A stretch of DNA of 64,000 bases from Leucoraja ocellata (lineage: Eukaryota): positions 310,001-374,000 of the forward strand of contig JAWMAR010001091.1 in assembly GCA_036785375.1 (NCBI GenBank), read 5' to 3'. Below, piece after piece: positions 23,088-37,350 of this stretch (position 1 is its first letter; each line of letters starts with the position of its first letter). The notes beneath the pieces were generated by a model. It was not told the DNA's origin and ran no database searches. It saw only the letters and a program-made list of their open reading frames with translations. Both the position numbers and the translations under genes were made by a program.

Positions 23088-25400
23088 GTTTGTACTGCTA
23101 CTGATAAAATGTTATTGGTCAATGTAAGATCTTATTCAGTGCGTGAAGTAATCTGTCAACCGTTGACTGTATTAGCTTTAATGAAGCACATTAATAGTGA
23201 GATGAGAAATGTAGCCCCTAGGTTCAGTCAATACAGAATTTATTCCAACTTATCCAAAAACATGCATTACTTTACCAGGGGAGTTATTTCTTAAAATACT
23301 CAGTATTTGTAAATATATGCCACTAGCAGTAAGAACAGGGGACAGCATACAACTCAAGACACTGTAGATGCTGGAATTTTGAACAAAACACAAAGTGCAG
23401 GTCGAACTCAGCGGGCAGGGACTTTTCTTCAGACTTCCTCCATCACAAAAATGGTCCCGACTCAAAATGCCATCTGTCCATTTCTGCCCACAGCCACTGA
23501 GTTCCTCCAAAACAAATTTTAGCATAAAATCGAATTATGTTTTTAAGCAACTTGTGGAAAATAGTTAATCTAAAAACATTTAAATTATTTAAGAAGTGGG
23601 GCGGGCATTATGATCAGGTTTACTAAATCACTAGATAATTACGCTCGCTCTTATTCTAAACTCTCTCACCATTTGGGAATTAATTTGGCTCTTAAACATT
23701 TTCCAGGATTTCACTTTGTAAATAATTTCCAAATACATACAGTAGAACTTTAATAATCTGGTACGCTTGGGACTTTGAAAATGCTGGACTAGCAAATTTT
23801 AATGTTGCTTTTTTCACACGTTACAGCATGGTACAATCTAATTTTCTAGTGAACCGAGTGAGATTAAAGGGAGTTTGAAATTTACTTGTACTCCAGATTC
23901 TTTTCCAGTCTTCAAGCCAATCCATGTTTTTGACCCAGGGCGTTTTGGACCCAACCCCTTGCTCCAGCCACGCACATTGTACTGACTCCAGATTACAATC
24001 TGGAACAAAATTATACTATACATTTTGTATTTATTTTTCAAGGAGTTAGCATTTGTACTCTCTTGTGCTACTCGCCTAACAATAAAAGTGTGCTAAGTTA
24101 TTATTTTTTCTATGGCCTCCTTTCTTTTCAGCTGACGTTCACTTCTTAAGACTGAGAAAGTGGATGGAAATAATTTGATACTTTGTTTATCTGGACATTA
24201 CATTGTCTTTGATGAGGTAGCGAAGAATAGGTTACTTAGCCCGATGGTGTAATGGAGTAGGAATTTGTGACACTAGGATTCAGTTGCACCACCATGATGC
24301 TGTGGTAAATGTATAGGGTTTAGCCCAGAGGCATAGCGAGGTGTCACCCAGAGGTCAGTTGCTATTTACCCATCTTTGTGATTTGGATAATATTAATGTG
24401 AGAACTGTCCATAAGTTGGGAAATAAAATCAATGTCAAAAAACCTTGTATCCTTACAGCATCAAATATATAATGACAGATATATTTAACAGATAAATGTA
24501 GTGGTGACAAACAACACACTTTTTTGATTGCCAATAAAAGCTGTGGATAGATTTGGATATTATTAGGAATAGAACATTAAATATTCATCACCAATTAGAA
24601 ATTGTAGCTAATGTTAGCAAGGTGTTGGGTTTAATTTTTTTAAGAACAATGTAGAATGACTCGAAGAACACCATTTTGTCAGGCTTTCAGTTAGTTCTAA
24701 GGACTAGACTGCCCACTTTTGGTTCTTCAGTTTAATGGTTGAGTTTATTGTCACGTGTACCGAGGTACAGTGGAAAGCTTTTGTTGCGAGTTATCAGTCA
24801 GCAGGAAGACAATACATGATTACAATCGAGACATTTACAGTCTATGGATACATGACAAGGGAATAACTTTTAGTGCAAGGTAAAGCCAGCAATGTCCGAT
24901 CAAGGATAGACTGAGGGCCACCTCTGGATGACTATCTATCTCTTTGGTGAGCCATGAGAATAATTCTTGGGTGAAATGTATCTTGGTTAATTAGATAACA
25001 TTACAGTGCATGTGTCAAGGCTGGGAAACAGGTAAATTGTTTCACACTTAGATGAGTTGAGTTTCTGAATAGTATTCAATCGTTTCCAATCAACAGTGAA
25101 GGTTGTGTGTGTTGAGTGAGAACAGACCTAGCATGGTACAACACCCTCCACACTTGAATACGTGTCCTAATCTAATGTGAACAAGTAGACTATCCTTTTA
25201 GTACTGGCAGCAGCCTTTGGAACATTATCACAAAATGTATCATCGCCTTTAGGAATGACCAAGAGAAAAATAAATAAGAGGGACTTTACCTAACAATAGA
25301 TAATTTAAAAAATATTTAAAAATCATGAAGTCAATTTATTATAGAGTTTGTACATCTCTCAAGGAAAGAAAGTTAACCTATTTTCTCTACATTATGCAAG

Positions 25401-25467
25401 ACTGAAAAATGAGCTGAACCAAAATGGAAAATCACTTGAGTTGGCAAGTAAGACGCTCCTCAAAATG
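25401..25467 (+). CDS. FAM227B: Probable FAM227B-like coding exon
   Basis: ttttctctacattatgcaag|A CTG AAA AAT..., giving LKNELNQNGKSLELASKTLLKM. Donor ATG|gtatgt, with an alternative gtaag donor at 25448. Phase 2-0. Supported by phase and composition only. Confidence 0.5.
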
Positions 25468-26204
25468 GTATGTATGCATTAAAATAACTTCTAATTGTAT
25501 TCCATTCATTGATACTATTTGAGTTCTATTATTCACTTTGTGTAACCGATACATTCAGCTCTATTCTGTAATCACACAATGAAAAATACATCTGTACTCG
25601 TCTGATTTTTAAAACAGTTTATTCCTGTTGAGACATTACCTGCAAAAATAGGTGTGAGAATAATTCATGTGATCCATGCATGTATCCTTATTAAGTTTAA
25701 CTTTTTCTGCAGGATTAGGAAGTATATTACTAATTTTCAATTACAATATAGAAAGTAAGCATAATACATCCACAATATGTTTACATCTCAAAACCATTTA
25801 AAATCCTAAAATGGTTTACTTCCGTGGAATGTACAGGTGTCTTCAGAAACAGATTTGTTTTACAGTAGGTAAATAATGCTAAATAATGACTGTACAACTC
25901 CTCCCCCTTCTGTTGTGGGGTAGACCGACTCCCCTTCTTCCCCCCCCCCCCCCCCCCCAATCCTGGACTCTCCACTCGCCACTTCAATTTCATGTTGTGT
26001 TCTATTGTTGGAGGTCCTGTCCATGAGATGAGTTGTCGTTTTAGATCCCTATCTTCATATCCAGTTTATATTAAATTGGTAGAAATGTTTCTATAAAATA
26101 TTCTAGTCTTAATTTTATCAGGAATATAAAAGGAGGAACAGTTTGCATATGTTTAAGAACAACATTTCTTTCCTCTCATAATTGTTGTCATTGTTTGTCA
26201 TTAG

Positions 26205-26279
26205 ACCACATCTGAAGCTAATAGCGGGCAAAAGAACGAGAATTTGCCCAAGCCGGAAGAGAGAAAGAAACGAGAATAA
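26205..26279 (+). CDS. FAM227B: Candidate FAM227B terminal coding exon
   Basis: ttgtttgtcattag|ACC..., giving TTSEANSGQKNENLPKPEERKKRE*. Followed by ATTAAA (26401) and AATAAA (26468-26473). A competing acceptor at 25712 would give D-stop. Confidence 0.4.
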   Translation, partial: TTSEANSGQKNENLPKPEERKKRE

Positions 26280-26467
26280 TCTGTACAGATCGGAATCCTT
26301 GCATCAATTACAATTTGTTAAAGCCTCTAGTAAACCACTAAATATTACAACTTATCTTGCTACAAAAACAGCATTTTGAGGAATGGTACCAAGAAAAAAA
26401 ATTAAAAGGTTATTGCAGAAATGTTATATTGCAAACAGCCTTATTTTCTTCCAGGAATATGATTTTG

Positions 26468-26473
26468 AATAAA
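26468..26473 (+). promoter_or_regulatory. Candidate polyadenylation signal for FAM227B
   Basis: AATAAA about 190 nt after the candidate stop and 60 nt from the GALK2 stop codon. Confidence 0.4.
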
Positions 26474-26533
26474 TGCATCCTAATAATACAAACAAAAGGG
26501 GGAGAATCTAATTTCCTTGTTCTGGCACTTTAC

Positions 26534-26741
26534 TTAAACCTCGCGATACACTGCAGCTCCTCCGCCAGGCTGGGTGGCAAACAGATGTTGTGTCTGCTTA
26601 GCTGCTCTTTGACCATCAGCTTTGTAATAGATTTCTTGCACCTTTGCCAGAAAGCTGTCCAGCTTGTTGGTGGGCACCATTGACACGGTGCAGCCACCCC
26701 AGCCAGCACCAGTCAACCGCGAGCCCACAGCACCAAACCGT
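26534..26741 (-). CDS. GALK2: GALK2 terminal coding exon (about exon 10)
   Basis: [68 protein letters not shown], with the GHMP C-terminal [11 protein letters not shown] motif. Acceptor tcatttcag|A, phase 2, TAA stop. Confidence 0.96.
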
Positions 26742-29700
26742 CTGAAATGACAAAGAGTAAAATAAAATTAACCTTCGACAGAAGCTAAACATCACTCTTG
26801 CTTCTGGTTTTGTGGGAATTCATTTTTAACTGGCTTTTTCTTTTGTGTATTGAGCAAGGATGTTGATGCTTGTGGAATGGAACATGTTTCTCTAATGGGC
26901 AGCAGACCATTCAAAGCAGGCTTTTTATCTTTGCAATTTGTGGCAAAATAAAATCTGATTTTGTTTTTTAAGAAATTGTCAGCTACTGCTTTGAGAGAAA
27001 AGTGGAGAAAGTTGCAGATCAGCAATCTTTCCCCTGAAATCTTAGCTCTATTTCTAAGTCCAGGCGAAGGGTTTCAATTCAAACTGTTGAGCGTCCCTCC
27101 CAAAGTTTGCTTTTTGCTTTCTGTCTTAGTTCCAAAGACTGTGACTTGGAAACATTAAATGTATTTTCTTTCCACACATGCCTGACTAGCTGAGTTCTTC
27201 CAACATTTGCTATTTTTTCGTGTCAGAGTGCTATGAATGCTGCAATAGTTTGCATGCTATAAAGGAGATAATTTGCAATTTGAAAGGTTTCCGAATTAAT
27301 AGCACAATCATTGACTAGAGGAACAAAGACAGAGGGCATCAGTCTGATTCTGCTCAACAGATCAGTGCCCTACTCCAACAGTTACTTTACTCTGTGCAAG
27401 GTGAGTTACATAACATAGGAAACTTGCCAACTCTGTTTAAAGTAGTGGATCCATATGACATTATGTCGCGGCAAGGAAACAAATTAATGCCCATCCACTG
27501 CAAATGCCAGTCATAGCCCAGATGCATTAGCAGTTACTCTTCAAGTAGCGTTCATTGTTTTCCAAAAATATAGTTTGGGGTCCTTCATTAAAAGAAAAAT
27601 GCATATGAAATAGTTATGCATTGTTAAGCTACCTAATAATTTGTAATACATCTCACCACTCATCTAAGGACAGAGCCTGTCTTTAACCTGGATCATGTAG
27701 CAAATAACAGTCAATTAGTAGAGTACATTTTTGTAATGTAGAATGACATACATGCCTGGTGTGCAGCTTTTTAGGTTTCCCCGAAACAAAAGCTTCAAAA
27801 ACGCAGATTATCTTTCAAAAGTCGAGCATTCCTCATACTTTGTGTCAATAATCTGCAGGCATTCAGGACTGTGGGAGAGTTTTTCAGGACACCTGACCCT
27901 GTGCATAATGTAACTTTTCCTTTCGGCAGCCCATATTTTGTTTCCCTGACTTGAGGAAACCAAATTAATATCGCTCAAACGTAAGAAGAACAATGCACCT
28001 TTCTGTCTGGGCCTGTTATTTATTACATTTTTGTTTGACGTGATAAAAAGATACTTATTTAAACATGGGGCAGATTTAACTTGGAGACTGCTTTCTTACA
28101 CAGTGTGCTTCCATCTGAATTACTAGAGATATCTTAATATTTGATCATTAATAAAGCCTGAATTTTTAACCTGATATTTGTACTGGTGAATTATTTGGAA
28201 TTTCTGACCTAGATTCCTGAGCTCTGGAACATGATAATTTCTTACAATAAAACCAACAGAACACAAATGTATACTCAACAAAACATTCTCACAGACTGTG
28301 ACCTCTTCATAAATTAAAGAATAGCTATAGAGTAATTAACCGCCTGCCTGTAATACAATGTACTGAATAATCAGCTATCTTGAAATGTTGTTTGCAGCTG
28401 CTAGTATAGTTCAGCCCTTGCACACAAAGCTAGCTTGCTGGAAGGTGCACATTGGAGCTAACTTAAAACGACAACCAAACTGAAAACCATTTGGGAAAAA
28501 AAAGACTTCATAAAGTTGCAAAGGAAATATATACAATGGCCCTTGCCAATGTTTTCAGAAAGTAGGGGAGAATTGTTCATCAAACATGATCTTGCATGAA
28601 AATGCTTCCTGTTGGCAAATGTAATAGCTGACAGAAGGGACACAACTTAATGTGGACAGTATTTTCCCATCGGTCTGTTCCACACTTATTCTCAACCGTT
28701 CTAACCTTTACAAAGAAAGAATTTTGCAGTGAATTTCAGTACTGTGGGATATGGGTTTAAGCTGTAGCATGCAATGCTAAACCTTTTCTACACATTAAAT
28801 TTCACTTGAGATCTCCTTAAACTATTAACTTGTCCAAACTTCCTGAAATAATCTACAATCTAAATAAAAATCAGATTTTTCTAGCATGTTCAAATGACAA
28901 TCCGTCCCAAATTTGCAAGACCAGCTCCCATTCATATACAGTAAGTGCTTTCTCCAACCCTGATACCCAATGCCTTCCACAGCCATCTGCGGGAATGAAT
29001 TCCATGGATTCACCGCCCTCTGGAGATAAAGATGAATTTCTTTAGCCATTCTAAAGCTACATCCCTTTATTCTGAGGCTGTGTTCTCTGTCGCACATTCA
29101 CCCACTACTGGAAACATGCTCTCCACATCCATTCTATCTAGGCCTGTCATTATTTGGTAGGTTTCAGCAGGCCCAGAGCCTTCAAATGCTCCTCACTTTT
29201 AACCCCCTCTGGACCCTCTCCAATGCCAACAGTCAATTAAACTGGCAATTCCACGAAGGAAACACCATATGATTAGATTTTTCTGTGTAAAAACGGAGTA
29301 TATTTTGAATAAAAATGCATTTATTACTTTCCTTCTGTGAAAGATTATTTTACATATATCTCACTCATTTCAGCAATTGTATTGCCAATCCACAGAACTG
29401 AAATTGGTGAAATCTTTCCTAATAAACGTAAAATAGTATAGAGCAAATAACCAATTCATTGCCTTCCATTGAATGCTAATATTTCCATTCTATTTTTACA
29501 AACTATCTTTGCTTCAAATATAATTTTCAGATTGGCTTCAAAACTAAAGTACTGTGGTTACATTGACATTAAACAGACATACTCCAGGATTATGCTCTGA
29601 ATGTCATGTCTAAATTACTCCTTCAATAAACTCAGATAGCATTACGCCTTGTGGTTACTCTAATTGTTGGCTATAAACAGAGTTTGGATTTTGTTATTTT

Positions 29701-29789
29701 GATGCCATGGAAAATGTGAAACAATATATTCCTAGGTAGAATGAACGTATAATCAAATCATTTAGGTCTTACTCTTTTGGAAAACTTAC

Positions 29790-29991
29790 AGGCAGACATC
29801 CACCAGTTGATCAAGTTCTGGACAGCTGCATTCGTATATATCCCGGCAGCTGAGATGACTCTGATTCATCAGGTCCCCCAGCAGTTGCAATGCATTGGCA
29901 GGTGTCTCATCACAAACTCTCTTGAATTCGACAACACGTCGGGCTTCACTGTAAACATGCTTCGCACGCTGATAAAGTTTAAATGATGACA
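29790..29991 (-). CDS. GALK2: GALK2 coding exon (about exon 9)
   Basis: (V)[66 protein letters not shown](L). tttactcag|TG ... CT|gtaagt. 202 nt, phase 1-2. Confidence 0.96.
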
Positions 29992-32900
29992 CTGAGTAAA
30001 AAAGACAGTACACTTATCAATGAAAATTATCTTCAATTAACATGTTCATTAAATCATAGATGAATGTTAATACAACTGAAATTAACAATGCAGTTCAAAT
30101 CACCACTGGAGCTGAAATGATGGCCAAATATATTATTGCAATTTCAATGATGACTTTGGCTGGCAATGTTCTCTTCCAGTTATGCGTCGTTATTTCAAAG
30201 GAAAATTCATTGAAATGTGTTGCTTCTTTATGATCATCTTCCCCTTCTGTAATAAATTCCAGCAGTCAAAACTCCGTTGGTACTTTGTGAATTTACAGCT
30301 TTAATGCAGAGATAAGAAGCCTCCACTTAAAAGAAATGACAACTTTAATATTTATTGAAAGTTCATAATTTGAACGACATAGTTTCTGATTTGTAAGGTT
30401 GAAGCTGACCCAGAACATTCAATTCTCTCAATATAATATAACAATGTGATATAAATGAGAATATGTTCAGTCACAAGTGATCAGTGTATTACAATGAAAC
30501 AAGAATGGTTTCTGGTTAGACTGCAATTTAACGCTGTGAACTATTTAATTCGTACGAATTAAATTCTAAGCAATAACCAGAACAACATTTGCTACTTTCA
30601 ATACTTGTATCTCACTGGAAGAGATTAAATAAATAACACCATGTATAGGTCAATGTGCTTACATTGAAAATGAAAGATCTACAATTTATGCATACAGGTT
30701 TATTTAGATTATGGAAAAGGATGAGTGAAAGACTGGTCTGCACATAGACCAGCTGGGCAGTACAGCAAGATGTGATGAATTTCATGTTAAATGGAGATGC
30801 AATTGAAGACAGAAATCCTGCAACAGCAAAGTACTGTATCTTAGCAGGACCAGCAATGTGGGATCCACACATTAGAAAACTCTGCTACTGATCTCATCAA
30901 TATACGTCATCAAGGACGGGCTGTTTCATTTAAATAGTTCAGAAGATATTTACCTGCCACTCAGGGTAACTTACATATGCAAATTACTGAAGACATCAAC
31001 AACTAAGACATCTAATTGCTCCAGAGAATGCTGGACACACACACACACACAATACAATTAGAAACATAAATGACTGGTGATCATTATGCAAGAGGCTATC
31101 ACCTATCTCAAGGGACCTCAGTTTCTTAAATGTACAGAAATTACTCAGATGAAGATCAGGTGACTTGGGTGGGATGACTAACACAAACATTTACCATAAA
31201 ACAATAATGATCCCAAATACATATTTAGGCTTTTAGGCTTATATATATATAGTATATGTAGACATAAATAATATAGAATGAATGGATCCTCCAGGATCTA
31301 GTGAAAACAAGAACTACAAGTTTAATGACCAACAATCTTAAGATGCACGGGGCACAGTCTGGTCATTGCTGCAAAATCCTTCCCCATCACCAACTCAAAA
31401 TTGTCAAAGTGGGAAATGCAGTCATGCGGAATAGTCGACAATAGCTTGGCAGTTAGTTAACATTTCAGGTTAACCCAAAACTGTTTCAACCCGAAACGTC
31501 TCCTGTCCATTCCCTCCACAGGTACTGCCTGACGCTCAGAGTTCCTGCGGCACTTTGCTTTCCGTTCAAGTTTCCAACATCTGCAGTCTAATGTCTACAG
31601 TCTGACAGTCAGTGGAATCAAGACCTGGAGCAGTAGTTGAAGCAGATGCAATAACAACATTTCAAATGACATTTAAAATTCATTTGCCCGGGTACATGAA
31701 TAGGAAAGGTTCAGTGGGACATGGACAAATGAGACTGGCTTAGATGGGGCATCTTCATTGGCATAGACACGTTGGGCCAAAGGGCCCTTTTATGTGCTGT
31801 ATTACTCAATGACACTATGATAACATTGAGTATATCATATTTCACTGATATGGCAGAACCCCAAAGGTAGGAGCACAGAGATGGCCAGGAGGAGGCTAGT
31901 GTCTCTAGAAGCTTCCAAAATTAACTCCAGACTCCACAAAGTCTCATAGATCCAGACCAAACACAGACAAGGAAATGATCTAATGATTCACAATTCTTCC
32001 AATCCGTCTATGGGTATTCCTTAAAATTATTTTCATGGAAAGCAGAAAAATAAATCATCATGGTTGATTTAAATGGCAAAATGTCTCAAAAATCCGCTGC
32101 ATGTAACTTGGGAAAACCCTTGCATCTGAAATTAGTTATTTTCAAAACATAAACAGATTAAATGCCTGGTGATGTAAATATACACAAAGAAAATAAAATT
32201 CTTGGCTATGATCGTTCGCAACCTCAGGACATCCCATAGCTCTTTAAAGATAATTAAGCACTTTTAAAGCACAACGGTATTGCAGCAAATGTGGCAGCTA
32301 ATTTGCACAGAAAACTTACACAAACAGAAGGGGGATAACAACTTTGGAGAGTACTTCGACTGTCATTGATCAAAGGTGACGGGGGAAGAAAGGGAGATGG
32401 GCTATGGATATAGGGAGTAAAAGAGTGAAAGAAAATGAGAGGGACAGTGAGAGAGTGTGAGAGAGGAGAGCAGGGTTATCAAGCCTAGAAGGCCACATCT
32501 ATCACAGTTTGGAGAGATACCACCTCCTACCTGACTTTGATAACCAGAGTCTTCAGATTTTCCATGGGATCATTAATAGTCTGAAAGGCTGACTGAGAAT
32601 TTTTATTAATAGTTTTGTGTCTAGGTTGCTGCTTCTGTGGAGGTCGAGGTAACCTTGACTCCCAATGTCCTTGTTGCGAGATCTTTCAATCTATTGATGG
32701 CAGTTTTCAATGCACTGACAGAGCCTCCAATGATGAAATCTCTCCTTATTTCAGTCTTAAGTGGCCGAACTCTTACTTTGAGACAATGATTACCTATTTT
32801 TGATTCCTCAACCAGGAGTACACCCTTCCCAGGAGTGTGCAAGGAGTGCAGATGCAGGTGTGGACATTTGTGAGTGTAAGAGAGAACATGGCAGCATGAA

Positions 32901-33659
32901 GGATTGATACCTATATGGCTGTTGTGCTCATGTTCACATATGTGGTCAGATCATGAAACTTCTTCCCGCACTGATCCATTGTCATGGGTTCTCAGTGCAG
33001 GCAATGACTCTGTTAGACATCTCCTACCATGTCTTGCCAGTTGACACATATCAGGGTCTCTCATCCCTTCTTGTGCACAAGATCTCCCTCTGGGTCTCAA
33101 TCTCTGCCTTAATGTCCAGATGGGTGAAGGAGGTGCATACTCCATCTCCACCATAGCTCTCTTTCCCCCACTGTCACCATCATTGTCTACTGCTGTGTGG
33201 ATGCCAAGGGAAATGTACCATTAAGGGCTTATGCCCTCCACAGTGACGTAGCACCCCTGATGCTAAATTGGATGAGGCTCCTTCGGGAATGGCAAATTCT
33301 GAATGATTCTGGTACAAACTATGGCATTGAGTTTTTTCCCCATTGAAGAAAATTGGTTTTGGCCAATTTCGCGCAGATTTCTCAGGAGAAAATTGCAGGA
33401 AGTGGAGGGCAGTTGCGGGGGAGAAGAGGCCCATGCATTAGGGTGGTTTCCAATTCTGGCATCTGCTTTTGAAATATTTCATGGGACAATAGAAATGAGG
33501 AGCAGGATTAGACATTTTGTTTCTTTCGAGCCCATTCTACTATGACTGATCATTCAGTTTTGTTAACACTGATCTCAGGCACATATATTATTAAACCTTT
33601 TAGTTGCTCATTTATATCTGGAAAACCCTGTGTTTATCAGGGAAGAATGGGAATACTAA

Positions 33660-33923
33660 AGCCCCTGTCCCACGATGCGAGTGCTCTCCCGAGTGATACT
33701 TTCTCACGAGTATTTTTTTTCTTCTTGGAAATTTTTCACACTGTTGAAAAAACTTCACGAGTTTCTGCGTTTTCAGACTACCTGCCGTTAGCATTACGAG
33801 GAGCTACGAGACATCCACGAGCTCCGACGTTCCCGCTACGTACATTCTACGTACTTACCATGAGTGAATTTTTTTTAAACTCGGGAGAGCTCTTGGGTAA
33901 ACGCGCATTGTGGGACAGGGCCT
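33660..33923. mobile_element. PIF/Harbinger-like MITE
   Basis: TIRs agcccctgtcccacgatgcg / cgcattgtgggacagggcct. TAA at 33657-33659 and 33924-33926. Confidence 0.85.
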
Positions 33924-33939
33924 TAACTAAGAACAATGG

Positions 33940-34502
33940 AGACACAAGAAACTGCAGATGATGGAATCTTGAGCAAAAAACAAACTGCTGGAAGAACTCA
34001 AGCGGGTCAGGCAGCATCTGTGGAGGGAATGGACAGCTGGTGTTTGGGGTCCGTATCCTTCTTCAGACTAATTAATTTGTGGGGGAGAAAACTGGAAAAG
34101 GGAGGAGGGAAAGGCAAATACAATATATCGATTGGCAGAAGAATGGAGATAATGACAAAGACCAAAAGGAAATGAGGTAAGGTATGAGGTAAGGAAAGAG
34201 GAGGAGGAGTGAAATGTAAAGCCAAAGTGTGGGATATGGGTGGAACTGAACAGGATGGAGGGGAAAGAGGAGGATAACAAGAAAATATGGAATTCGGGGA
34301 AGGGAGATGAGGGCAGAGTAGAAAAATGAGCTTGGTAACTTTGGTAGATACAAAATGCTGGAGTAACTCAGCGGGACAGGCAGCATCTCTGGAGAAGGAA
34401 TGGGTGACGTTTTGGGTCCAGACCCTTCCTCAGACTGAGTTACTCCAACATTTTGTATCTACCTTCAATTTAAACCAGCATCTGCAGTTCTTACCGACAC
34501 AT
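33940..34502. mobile_element. Minus-strand Penelope pLTR/3' UTR plus a fold-back copy (34348-34502)
   Basis: The fold-back copy is bounded by the 16-bp direct repeat ttggtaactttggtag (34332-34347 and 34503-34518). Confidence 0.75.
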
Positions 34503-36994
34503 TTGGTAACTTTGGTAGTGGGAGCCGATGGGAGAACAAATCATTTGCAGTGCGTAACTTTGTATTCTTACCATAAAGCCAGTAATGTATGTTAAGTTTA
34601 CCATATGTCCAAGTGCTCCATAGAATGAAGATACATATGCTGTATATCAGATTGTGAAGTAGTGACTCTGGCAGGCCAAAGAGACAGCAATGAGTTGAAG
34701 TTGTAAGTGATCATAACCAATATTGAGTTCAAATATTATGACTGCTAAATAACGAGACAGAAAATAGCTTTTCTAATTAGTTTTGTCACAGTCTGTTCTT
34801 CTGGACACTGAATTACATACTGTAAAACATAAGCTTTCCAAAGAAAAATTAACAGCTGTTTCAATTTACTCCCAAATTACTTTCTCTTCTGGGAATATAT
34901 GTGTACCCAAAAGCCAATAACAAAACCTTAATCGTTTAATTAGACATTTACAAATAGACTTCTCAAAAGTACTTAAATTAACCAAAGATGATATTATTAA
35001 GAATAGTGGAATTATGAAAGCAGTAATTCTTCAACTTTTCTGAAAATGACTGCAAATTAGTTAGCAGAACAGCAAACTAAATATCGGGGGGGTTTTAGCC
35101 TGAATCCTGCAGGATATACTTACCCCTAAATGCTGTCTCTATAAAAATATTTCTCAATAGCAAGGCAGGCACGAGGGGAGCTGATTTCACAGTGCACACT
35201 CATTCAAGGCATAACTGAGTTGCGTGAGAAATTTCCATATCTCACATACCCTTGTAAATCACAGTTGAACAGTAGTAACCCAAAGAATGAAGAAAGCCAT
35301 GGCTGGTTTTAATTTTAATGCTGCATCCTTGCCAATGGCTGGGACTGATTCAGAGACTATCCTTTGGTAACGCAGGGCTTTATAAGCCAGATCACCTCAA
35401 AATACTTTATGATTTTGGTGCTCTCGTCACGTTATGCATTACGGGCCAGGGTGGTGTTCCAACTGCTGGCCGTGTACCAAGAATTACTCAGGAGGTCATG
35501 AAAGCTGTTTAGCGTGATTAGTCTGAGCAATTCTGGAGTAAACAACACACATCAACTGTACACCATATTTCTCTTTAAACATCATTGAAATTAACATTGT
35601 AAATGCTGCTTGATAGAAGTGGGAAAACTAAAAATCAAACTAATGCCTTTAAAGTATTTAGAGAATTAAAGTATTCAGAATTTGCCAGTTTTCTCAAAGC
35701 CGCCTGAACATTGACAAGTTGGATTTTTTAAAGACAGATTTACTGTCAGGTCAAAATAACCTGATAGAGGGAGTTGATGATCAAAATGCCGCACTACAAC
35801 TGACATTGAAGTGGGACATCCGTGTCATTGAGTCTCAGAATGTAGGGCCACATGTCTGGTTCTCCCACTTCCCCCACACCCCACCCCCAGAAACTCCAGT
35901 TCTCAGTCAGGTTGCCTGGGGGAGGGAGGGGGGGGGATGCTACATTGAAAAATATCATCTCCAAAAAACGAGAAGTAAGAATGGCAGGCATGCCAACCTG
36001 GGTCACAAAGTCCAAAAGACTACTAATGTACAACACGTGCATGGCCCAGGGGATACTTTGTCTGTCAAATTTCTGGAAAGAGCGTAGTGTGTGGCAAGAG
36101 GAAAATTGACATTGTATTTAAGTTGGGGAAATAATTAAACGTAACGGTAAAGAAACTTATTTACAGAAAAAAAAGTGAAACTTTCAGGATGGCCATTACT
36201 GGAACGCATATACACTTCTATAGTTAAATGTAATTTTGCAGCCAAGGGCTTCCTGGCTCAAATGCACTACCGAAGTAACTCTCTCTCACACACACACACA
36301 CGGGAATTACTGTAACCACACTGCAATCTACTGAGCTGCTAAATGAGTATTACCATCTGGTTTAAAGTGAATACTAGGTTTGCTTAAAAGGAACGGTCCA
36401 ATCCAGAGAAAATGCACACTCTTTACTGGGCCTGGCTTTAGAATTAAACTCCTCTTGCCTCTTTGCTGTTCTCTTCAAGTGAGCATCTTTGCACACTAAA
36501 TAATGTTCTTTTTATGATTGCTGTCTTTCCAAAATATTCCATCAAATCAGTGAAATAGGCTCAGCCCTTTACACACTATAAGCAGAGTGTAAATAATTGA
36601 AAAAAAAAAAATAGAAGTCCACATTATTTTTTAAATTGTCAAACATTAAAAAATATATTATTTTTGGAAGGATTTAAATATCCATTCTCAAAATGGATTT
36701 AGGAAATTGAAATTAAAGAGTAGAAGTGGATTTGCTTTACAACGCGAGACTACAGCAGACAAAATACAACTTATGACTGACTTATAATAGTTACCAAATT
36801 ACACTAAATTCAAAAGGAATTCAGAAGAAAATTCAAAGGAATACATGTTTTGTACATATTTGTGCGCGATGCAAGAAAGCACCATTTCTCCAAGCAGCCC
36901 ACTAATAAACTAATCAAGGTCTTTAGAGGATTTGTTGAAATTATATTCTATGCAATTTTACTGTGGCAGGTAGACCAACAAATCCCAAATAATA

Positions 36995-37350
36995 AGCAAA
37001 ACACAAAGTGATGGTGGAACTGGGTCAGGCAGCATCAGTGGAGGGAATGGACTGGCAACGTTTCGGATCATGGCCCCTCTTCAGTCTGATGTTCGCCAAT
37101 TACCTCCATAGCCAATGCCTGACCCGCCAAGTTCCACCAGCAGATAGACACAGGAGTAACTCAGCGGGACAGGCAGCATCCCTGGAGAGAAGGAATGGAT
37201 GATGTATCGGGTTGAGAGAATGGTCTAGGCACAAAAGTCACCCATTCCTTCTGTCCCGCTGAGTTACTCCAGCATTTTGGGTCTATCTTCGGTTTAAATC
37301 AGCATCTGCAATTCCTTCCTACACAAGTTCCTCCAGCCCATTTCTTTTTT
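36995..37350. mobile_element. Fold-back pLTR element nested inside another fold-back pLTR element
   Basis: The inner element is bounded by caagttcc(a/t)ccagc. Both elements have inverted arms. Confidence 0.7.
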
